The notes below the pieces were generated by a model. That model was not told where the DNA came from. It did not search any database and worked only from the letters and a program-made list of their open reading frames with translations. This document shows positions 1-6,344 of a stretch of DNA of 27,271 nucleotides, in pieces. A program made the translations under genes and the position numbers. Each line of letters begins with the position of its first letter. Position 1 is the stretch's first letter. Origin of the DNA: a virus (lineage: Duplodnaviria; Caudoviricetes); IMG/VR virus record IMGVR_UViG_3300017971_003667, positions 1-27,271 of that record; one strand, given 5' to 3'.

Positions 1-1533
1 CCAATCATCAACATCATCTTCAATATCTGAAAGAATACCCCATGCATCATCCTTATCTTCATCCTCATTTCCCTTAAATGACCATTCCTCACTTAAGATA
101 TTCATTTCAAATAAATAACAAGCCCAAAATAAAGCATCAACTAAGTCATCATCCTTGTCTTTACCAAAGAATTTCCCTTCTTCCTCAATATAAGAACCCA
201 ACTGTTCAATGGTCTCTCTATCTTTAAGCTCAACAGACCCATCTTCAATGAGTTTCTTCATTAACAGTACTGCTTTAGGTTTGGTATTCTTATTTGATCT
301 AATACCAAGATTCGCCTCTTTAGACCCCGTATTTACTAAATTCTCATTCTCCCAATGCCACCATAATTGACTGATAACAGCAGAACCTTCACCATTATTT
401 TCACATAGGATATATGCATTGTTGTAATAGATGGATAATCTATGAATTATTTGAGCAAATTCATAAACATCCGTTAGATTATCTTCAAATGCAGCAACTT
501 GAGTAAGGTCTACGGGAAGTGTAGAGTTTATTCTAAGGATTTGAATTGTAGAATAGTGCTCTCCTGTACCTTTAGCAGGGTCAACACCTATAACATATTT
601 ACATCCATCTAATGGTTTTTCCCATATTCTCAATCTATCTTTTAAATCCATAAATCTTGGATCAATATCCATACTAAGCAATGTTCTTAATACTTCAGGA
701 TTAATAACTGTATTTGTAGACCCAAGGAACTTACATGCAAATTCTTGATTGAATCCATGAATACCAAGATTCTTGATCTGCTCTTTTGCCCATTCCTTAT
801 CTCTGCCCGGAACCTTATCCCAAATTACCTTTTGAGGAACAAAAGAATTACCTTGTTCCCCATCAGCATTAGCACCCATCCATAGTCTATGGAAGATGTT
901 AAACATGCCATTTGGAGTTGATATAATAATGATTCTTGATTGTGTAGAAGATGAAATAGTAGGATAGTTACTTGCCCAAAATTCTTCTGCTGCATTAGAA
1001 GGAACAAATGCAAACTCATCACAAATAACGATATTCATAGGCCAACCACGAAAGGCATCTTGTGTGGTAGCTGATATAATTATTTTTGTTCCATTGTCGA
1101 ATGTTATAGAGGTTTTGGCATATTCTGTTACGCCGGGCTTTACCCATGCAGGTAAACTTTCATACATTTTTTTGATGTTATCTAATATTCTTTTAGCTGA
1201 AGATTCTTTATTGGATACAATACCAATATTCTTATTATCATTAAATATCGAATACCAAAGAGCATAATTTGCTACAATGGTTGTTTTACCTGATTGTCTT
1301 GCCCAAAGACCAATAAAAAATCTATTTTGTTCAAGAAGATTTAATGTATCAATTTGATATGGATATGGATCAAATAAAACCTCACCTTGATCCAATGTAA
1401 CAATTTTAACGTAATTTTTTGTAAAGTATAATATATCATCTCTACATTTTAATAGCTCTTGTATCTGCTCATCTGTATATTCTAATTCTGTATTTGGTCT
1501 TTTGATGTAATTATCATCATAACGAATTGCCAT
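1..1533 (-). CDS. terL: Terminase large subunit (T4 gp17-like); 3' end runs off the window edge
   Basis: Absent from the ORF track; translated by hand from the ATG at 1533 (RBS AAGGGGTG upstream), open to position 1. Begins MAIRYDDNYIKRPN. Contains PYPYQ (Q motif), ARQSGKT (Walker A), IVICDEFAF (Walker B), ISTPNG (coupling motif), FNQEF, VIGVDPAKG (nuclease Asp) and DDDLVDA. Confidence 0.97.
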   Translation of the reverse strand, partial: MAIRYDDNYIKRPNTELEYTDEQIQELLKCRDDILYFTKNYVKIVTLDQGEVLFDPYPYQIDTLNLLEQNRFFIGLWARQSGKTTIVANYALWYSIFNDNKNIGIVSNKESSAKRILDNIKKMYESLPAWVKPGVTEYAKTSITFDNGTKIIISATTQDAFRGWPMNIVICDEFAFVPSNAAEEFWASNYPTISSSTQSRIIIISTPNGMFNIFHRLWMGANADGEQGNSFVPQKVIWDKVPGRDKEWAKEQIKNLGIHGFNQEFACKFLGSTNTVINPEVLRTLLSMDIDPRFMDLKDRLRIWEKPLDGCKYVIGVDPAKGTGEHYSTIQILRINSTLPVDLTQVAAFEDNLTDVYEFAQIIHRLSIYYNNAYILCENNGEGSAVISQLWWHWENENLVNTGSKEANLGIRSNKNTKPKAVLLMKKLIEDGSVELKDRETIEQLGSYIEEEGKFFGKDKDDDLVDALFWACYLFEMNILSEEWSFKGNEDEDKDDAWGILSDIEDDVDDW

Positions 1534-1564
1534 AAATCACCCCTTAAACATAAATATCTAAATA

Positions 1565-1572
1565 TATTTATA
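1565..1572 (-). promoter_or_regulatory. T4-type late promoter TATAAATA upstream of terL
   Basis: Exact TATAAATA on the minus strand, about 30 nt upstream of the terL start and just downstream of a terminator. Confidence 0.65.
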
Positions 1573-1593
1573 TTTTTAAAGTGAGTTTTTGAC

Positions 1594-1629
1594 AAAAAAA
1601 AGGGGATAAGGTTTCCCCTATCCCCTTTG
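1594..1629 (-). terminator. Rho-independent terminator
   Basis: Minus strand reads AAAGGGGATAGGGG-AAA-CCTTATCCCC followed by a long T run, downstream of the J-domain gene. Confidence 0.85.
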
Positions 1630-1656
1630 GAGCACATAAAACAACTGGCAGTCATG

Positions 1657-1971
1657 TCATATATTTACATTGATCTTACGTCCTTTTAATTTAATCCATC
1701 TACGATTTTTTTTATCATAAATACTTCCATTACTATAATAAAGAAAATGTTTATTGAAGAATTTTCTATTTTCAATTTGTTGATATCGTTCAATTAATGG
1801 TTTTATATAGTTATATGCATTTTGAATAATAATAAATTTAGCAGAATTACCACCTTTATCAGGATGGTATTTTTTTGCAAGAATACGGTATCTCCTTTTA
1901 AGTTCAATCATAGAGATATCTGAAATCTTGTTAATTTTAAAAATTCTAAAATATTGATCTGTATTAATCAT
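1657..1971 (-). CDS. J-domain (DnaJ-like) co-chaperone
   Basis: ELKRRYRILAKKYHPDKGGNSAKFIIIQNAY: HPD motif in canonical helix II-loop-helix III context. Confidence 0.9.
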   Translation of the reverse strand: MINTDQYFRIFKINKISDISMIELKRRYRILAKKYHPDKGGNSAKFIIIQNAYNYIKPLIERYQQIENRKFFNKHFLYYSNGSIYDKKNRRWIKLKGRKINVNI

Positions 1972-2164
1972 TTATCCATTCTTCCCATTGTTGGGGATTC
2001 CATATTATGTTCTTATACCATCTTGTATGGCAATCGGGACAATAGAAATAAGGTTCCTTTTCAGTAGCATCGAATGATGTATAATGGGAAAAATCTTTTT
2101 TAAATTCATGAGCACATATATCATGCTTTTTTTCCCATGTCAACATTTGATTTATTTTAGTCAT
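1964..2164 (-). CDS. Hypothetical small protein with possible zinc ribbon
   Basis: CAH and CPDC motifs. Start moved to the ATG at 2164, which overlaps the upstream stop, instead of 2212. Confidence 0.6.
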   Translation of the reverse strand: MTKINQMLTWEKKHDICAHEFKKDFSHYTSFDATEKEPYFYCPDCHTRWYKNIIWNPQQWEEWIND

Positions 2165-2531
2165 TACATAAATCCTTTGCCCATTTATTTTGAATTTCAT
2201 AGGACAACCCATGACCCCAAAAGAAATATTGAAGGTCTTGTTCAGTCATTTCAAGGTCTTCACCATCAACCAACCATCGAATTGCAGTTTCACGATCACT
2301 AGCACCAAGAGCAATGGTACGTTTGATAAGCATCTCAAACTGAACCAAAGCTTCAGATTCACGTTTAGTTTCATAAAGCATGTTATCATCACAGATAAAG
2401 GATAAACGTGCATATTCAGCCTCTAGCTCATCCTTAGTCCACCATTCTTTATAGGAACGACAACGAAAACCATAAGCTTCTTTGGAAAAATCAGAAAGGT
2501 CAGTTTTGGAAAAATGGATAAGTTCGGTCAT
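2157..2531 (-). CDS. Hypothetical phage protein
   Basis: 124-aa ORF with an AAGGAG RBS; no recognisable catalytic motif. Confidence 0.8.
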   Translation of the reverse strand: MTELIHFSKTDLSDFSKEAYGFRCRSYKEWWTKDELEAEYARLSFICDDNMLYETKRESEALVQFEMLIKRTIALGASDRETAIRWLVDGEDLEMTEQDLQYFFWGHGLSYEIQNKWAKDLCND

Positions 2532-2558
2532 GATATTCTCCTTAGAAGGGTTTATTCG

Positions 2559-2590
2559 CCTAAAGGGGGGGGATACCCCCCCTTATTAGG
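2559..2590. repeat. G-run/C-run inverted repeat (hairpin) in an intergenic gap
   Basis: CCTAAAGGGGGGGG-ATA-CCCCCCCTTATTAGG. Confidence 0.7.
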
Positions 2591-2596
2591 GATTGA

Positions 2597-2749
2597 TTAT
2601 TTCATAACACCCTTCAACATATAATCATCAATCCGTTTTTGCCAATAAGGTTTCTTGGCCTTTGCTGCTTTGGAACGGTTTTTCTGAAGTTTATCCAAGT
2701 AAGCAGCACCCTCTTGACGTTTGCGTTCGATTTCTTTGAGATCAAACAT
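2597..2749 (-). CDS. Small basic hypothetical protein (50 aa), not in the ORF track
   Basis: AGGAG RBS, then MFDLKEIERKRQEGAAYLDKLQKNRSKAAKAKKPYWQKRIDDYMLKGVMK*; fills the gap between two genes on the same strand. Confidence 0.75.
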   Translation of the reverse strand: MFDLKEIERKRQEGAAYLDKLQKNRSKAAKAKKPYWQKRIDDYMLKGVMK

Positions 2750-2762
2750 GATAGACTCCTTT

Positions 2763-3083
2763 CTAAAGTTGAGTGGTTTTTCCTGTCAATACATTAACAA
2801 CTTTTGTTCCTTCACCAAATGCTGCTCTCATTTCAAACATTTCTTCAGCAGAAGGAACATAATCTTTCATTCGTTCCTTATATTCAGCAACAAATTTGGA
2901 AGTATCAGCTTCTCTTGCTGCTACACATTTGGCAAAGGTTTTTTCATCAAGATTCCAACATTCAAGCATATCAGAAAAAGGAACACGATTATTGCTTTTC
3001 CATCGGTAAACACCATCTTCATCCTGATAAGCATCTTTAACTTTTTTGGCATTTTCCAATTTTTCTCTTTCTTTCCAATCCAT
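2763..3083 (-). CDS. Hypothetical phage protein
   Basis: Start moved to the ATG at 3083 (MDWKERE), which has an AAGGGG RBS; the ATG at 3116 lacks an RBS. Confidence 0.75.
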   Translation of the reverse strand: MDWKEREKLENAKKVKDAYQDEDGVYRWKSNNRVPFSDMLECWNLDEKTFAKCVAAREADTSKFVAEYKERMKDYVPSAEEMFEMRAAFGEGTKVVNVLTGKTTQL

Positions 3084-3124
3084 TTTGTTCCCCTTTTCGT
3101 TTGCGTTATCTGACATTACTATAG

Positions 3125-3140
3125 AGCAACAGGTATGCCA
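3125..3140 (-). promoter_or_regulatory. Putative sigma54 (RpoN) -24/-12 promoter
   Basis: TGGCATACCTGTTGCT matches TGGCACG-N4-TTGCW with exact GG-N10-GC spacing, about 40 nt upstream of the 3083 start. Confidence 0.6.
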
Positions 3141-3202
3141 AAAGTGGATAAAAAATGAAAAAAAATATAAGTGATTGTTTTGATTAGATATTTTAAATTA
3201 AT

Positions 3203-3236
3203 GCAGGGGGATCAGATAAAAATCCAACCCCCCTGC
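3203..3236 (-). terminator. GC-rich hairpin, probable terminator for the spoVR transcript
   Basis: GCAGGGGG...CCCCCTGC inverted repeat about 50 nt after the spoVR stop; the downstream tract is AT-rich but not a clean U run. Confidence 0.55.
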
Positions 3237-3247
3237 TATGTAAATAA

Positions 3248-3283
3248 TGACAGAAATTGTCAAACATATGACAAAATTTGTCA
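3248..3283. promoter_or_regulatory. Two tandem palindromes TGACA-N5-TGTCA (putative regulator/enhancer sites)
   Basis: TGACAgaaatTGTCA at 3248-3262 and TGACAaaattTGTCA at 3269-3283, starts 21 bp apart. Confidence 0.6.
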
Positions 3284-4813
3284 TTAAGTATCATCATTAA
3301 GATTCATTCTTAATTCTGGAATCCCTTCTGTTTTAGGTTTAGATGCAACGTATTTGAATTTACGTTTATTCCTAATGGTTTTCAGGGTGCATTTTTCACC
3401 CCATAGAAATTGAATATGATTTAGTGTATTTTGTGCATATTCAGGTTCAAGATCAACACCAATATGTTCATGCTTCAATAAAAGTTCATTTCTTGAATAA
3501 AAATTTCCATTAATTATAAATATTTTAGGAATTCCACTATGAGAAAAACTTCTAATGATGATATCTCTAATTTCCTCATCTTTTTTATCAGCAACAACCA
3601 ATTCTTCATAAAATATATTACTTGACTTAATATATAGGTATAAATTAAGCTTTCTGACAAGATCAGTAGTTAAGAAATTATTCATAAACATCCAATCATT
3701 AGATGTTCTAACAATTTCAAAAACTTTTTCTATACCTTTCATGGATTGATTATTATAATTGATTTTTTCTTCATGATTTTGTATTTGATCCCAATCATTA
3801 CCATGTCTACCCGTATCCCATCTTTCGATAATATCATAATACATTTCACTTCCTATAAGATAAGGATTCATAGCATATGGATTCATAGCTTTAACTAATG
3901 AATTGGAATAATTTGTTTCTGCATGTTCTGTTGCATCTAAATATCCTTCATTAAACAATTGTCTTAAAATGGTTTCATGTATGTAGGTAGCAAACCCCTC
4001 ATTCATGTATTTTGTTTTCATGCTAGGCCAAATATATTGACCCCATGCCCTAACTATTTCAAGTATATCTTTTTGCCAATCAGAAAGAACTCTAGAATGG
4101 TCTATGATATATCTTAGAAGGTCTTCAGTTGGTTCAACAGGAGTCTGATTTTTTAATTGTCTATATAGATCATGATTCCATCTTTCCCTATCAATTTCAG
4201 CATCATCATCATTTTCAAAAAAATCATTAAATTCTGTTACTTGTTTATCATGCTTTTTTTGCTTCATTCTTTCAAACATTCTTTCAAGTTTTTCTTGTTC
4301 AGTTTCTTCAGGCAACCAAGGATTTGAATGCCACATAAGAGCATGAGCAGCATCAACTGTTTGTTCAACAATATCAATTCCATATCTTCTTTCATATTCT
4401 TCAAATCTTTTAGAAGCAAGAGAAAGCTTACTTGAAATATTTGAATCATTTTCAAAGTGATATTTGTTCATTTTATAAAAAGCAACATGACCCACAACAT
4501 GAGCAATGATCAATGATTGTACAGCAATAGTATTATCTATCATTAGATATGCTCTTGCAGGAACAGTATTTACAACTACCTCATAAGGCAATGCTTGACC
4601 AAGTTTTTCATATAAGGTTCTTACTCTTTCATAATCCCTTCCATATTTCCAATTTGAAATTTGTCCTGGCATATTATATGCCATCATTTCAAACATTTTT
4701 TCTTTAGGGATAACATCAAATTCAATATCACAAAAGTCAAGTCCCATGTCTTTTGAAATTTCATATACACGTTCTTCTATTTTTTTAAGTCTAGGTAGTT
4801 CTTCTATTCTCAT
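3284..4813 (-). CDS. spoVR: SpoVR/YcgB family protein
   Basis: WKYGRDYE, YEVVVN, IAHVVGHVAF, DLLRYI, LSDWQKDILEIVR, TKYMNEGFATY, NPYLIG, ELLLKHEH and LWG are typical SpoVR motifs; lies next to yeaH and prkA. Confidence 0.95.
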   Translation of the reverse strand: MRIEELPRLKKIEERVYEISKDMGLDFCDIEFDVIPKEKMFEMMAYNMPGQISNWKYGRDYERVRTLYEKLGQALPYEVVVNTVPARAYLMIDNTIAVQSLIIAHVVGHVAFYKMNKYHFENDSNISSKLSLASKRFEEYERRYGIDIVEQTVDAAHALMWHSNPWLPEETEQEKLERMFERMKQKKHDKQVTEFNDFFENDDDAEIDRERWNHDLYRQLKNQTPVEPTEDLLRYIIDHSRVLSDWQKDILEIVRAWGQYIWPSMKTKYMNEGFATYIHETILRQLFNEGYLDATEHAETNYSNSLVKAMNPYAMNPYLIGSEMYYDIIERWDTGRHGNDWDQIQNHEEKINYNNQSMKGIEKVFEIVRTSNDWMFMNNFLTTDLVRKLNLYLYIKSSNIFYEELVVADKKDEEIRDIIIRSFSHSGIPKIFIINGNFYSRNELLLKHEHIGVDLEPEYAQNTLNHIQFLWGEKCTLKTIRNKRKFKYVASKPKTEGIPELRMNLNDDT

Positions 4814-6171
4814 GTTTCTGTCCTTTCAGGATGATTAATACCAAGCATATGCTGGAGGCAAGGCCAAATTTGAGATTTATCCTTAATAACAGAAAGAAGA
4901 AATCTTTTTTCATTATTAATCCAAAATTTTCCTTGATTCTCATTGCTTCCCAATGTGGTTTCTTTGAATTTCCATCTTTTTAGACATTCAGGAAGTAATG
5001 TTGAATATCCATAACTGTATTGTATATCATGGTCAAACATATCATGATATGGTTTGATTTCAATATAAGATAACATGTTAATGCCTTTTTCTATCATATC
5101 TTCCATTGAACTAACTGCATCTAACGGTTCAAAATCTTCACCATCAGAACAATAGATGCTATAAATATTCCACTCATTTAATGGATATTCTGTATCAATA
5201 ATATAGTTGGCTTTTTTGAAAGCTGAACTTGCAAGTGTTCCACCTGTCAACCCACCATAAAAAAATGTATCTTCATCTACTTCACTTGCTATTTCAGTAT
5301 GTTGAATAAATCTAATATCAACAAATTCATACTGTTTACGTAACCATGATACCATCCAAAATAAAAGAGACTTCACAAGATATTTCTTATCAGGAGTCAT
5401 AGACATTGATACATCCATCATAGCAAATACAACAGCTTTAGAACAAATTTCAACATCTTCTGTAATCTGCTTAAAGCGTAAATCATCATCATGAATTAAA
5501 CATCCTGCAACTTCATTCATATCAATCTTATCTTCATTAACGATTTCGATTGCTTTTTCTATATCACCTTTAGCTTGATTAAGTGCTTTACCTGCTAATT
5601 CTTGAGCTTCTTCAAACTCCATGTCTTTGAGTTTTGTATTCCTAATAATTTCCTGAACAAAAAGAACACTTCTTTTTATTGCTTCTCTCATGGTTCTTTT
5701 TTTATGAATTCTTGAATATACACCTGTTTTAGATATGGATTCAAACTTCCATCCTTTAGGAATTTCAATAGAATTTTTCTTTTTTTCATCCAACCAAGGA
5801 AGTCCAAGGTCTTCAAACATAACATCAAGTAGATAGTCAATATCAACTTCTACTTCCATATCCTCTGAATGTCCCAAACTTCCTCTTTGTGGTTGTCCCT
5901 GCTTTTGTTTTCTTTTAATGATATCTCCAGGCTTACTATCACCTTGCCCTACACCTGCACCACCACCACCTGTTCCACCGTGAACAAATCTCCAATCTTT
6001 TAATCCTTTAACAGAAACACGTACTCTTTTCTTTCCATTATCTGTAATAATATCTTCATTGCCTATAACATCTCTTACGTTTTTACGTATTGCTTCATCA
6101 ATCTTTTCTTGATGCCTCTTAGCATCTTTAAGACCTTTTTCGGTTTCCCAATTATCATGATATACAATCAT
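4810..6171 (-). CDS. yeaH: YeaH/YhbH (DUF444) family protein with VWA/MIDAS-like domain
   Basis: DAKRHQEKI, glycine-rich GVGQGD..PGD, FEDLGLP, DDLRF, AMMDVSMSM (DxSxS), GGT, WNIY and SDGED. Start moved to the ATG at 6171 (RBS GAAAGG). Its stop overlaps the spoVR ATG. Confidence 0.93.
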   Translation of the reverse strand: MIVYHDNWETEKGLKDAKRHQEKIDEAIRKNVRDVIGNEDIITDNGKKRVRVSVKGLKDWRFVHGGTGGGGAGVGQGDSKPGDIIKRKQKQGQPQRGSLGHSEDMEVEVDIDYLLDVMFEDLGLPWLDEKKKNSIEIPKGWKFESISKTGVYSRIHKKRTMREAIKRSVLFVQEIIRNTKLKDMEFEEAQELAGKALNQAKGDIEKAIEIVNEDKIDMNEVAGCLIHDDDLRFKQITEDVEICSKAVVFAMMDVSMSMTPDKKYLVKSLLFWMVSWLRKQYEFVDIRFIQHTEIASEVDEDTFFYGGLTGGTLASSAFKKANYIIDTEYPLNEWNIYSIYCSDGEDFEPLDAVSSMEDMIEKGINMLSYIEIKPYHDMFDHDIQYSYGYSTLLPECLKRWKFKETTLGSNENQGKFWINNEKRFLLSVIKDKSQIWPCLQHMLGINHPERTET

Positions 6172-6267
6172 AGTTAGCCTTTCTATTAAAAATAAAGGTG
6201 GTTCTACATACTTATCTTTAGGCTCTTTTATTAACAGAACCACCAAACCGAAATCTCAAGAGCTTAA

Positions 6268-6343
6268 TGGTGGAGTAGAGGGGATTCGAACCCCCAACCT
6301 ATGGCTTGCAAAGCCATTGCTCTCCCGTTGAGCTACTGACCCC
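6268..6343 (-). tRNA. tRNA-Ala (anticodon UGC) with encoded CCA
   Basis: GGGGTCAGTAGCTCAACGGGAGAGCAATGGCTTTGCAAGCCATAGGTTGGGGGTTCGAATCCCCTCTACTCCACCA: D stem GCTC/GAGC, anticodon stem ATGGC/GCCAT with loop TTTGCAA, T loop TTCGAAT, G3:U70 pair and discriminator A. Confidence 0.93.
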
Positions 6344-6344
6344 T

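Noticed and set aside
825-1267. Short ORFs 825..1022 (-) and 1064..1267 (+)
   Set aside because: Both lie inside the terL frame, which the track missed because it has no stop within the window.
6172-6246. Longer GTG start for yeaH
   Set aside because: It runs through the hairpin leader and lacks an RBS; the ATG at 6171 has one and family-like sequence starts there.
6268-6343. tRNA as a prophage attachment site with host genes on one side
   Set aside because: Phage core genes flank the prkA module on both sides, no integrase is present, and I saw no duplicated tRNA 3' end in the window.
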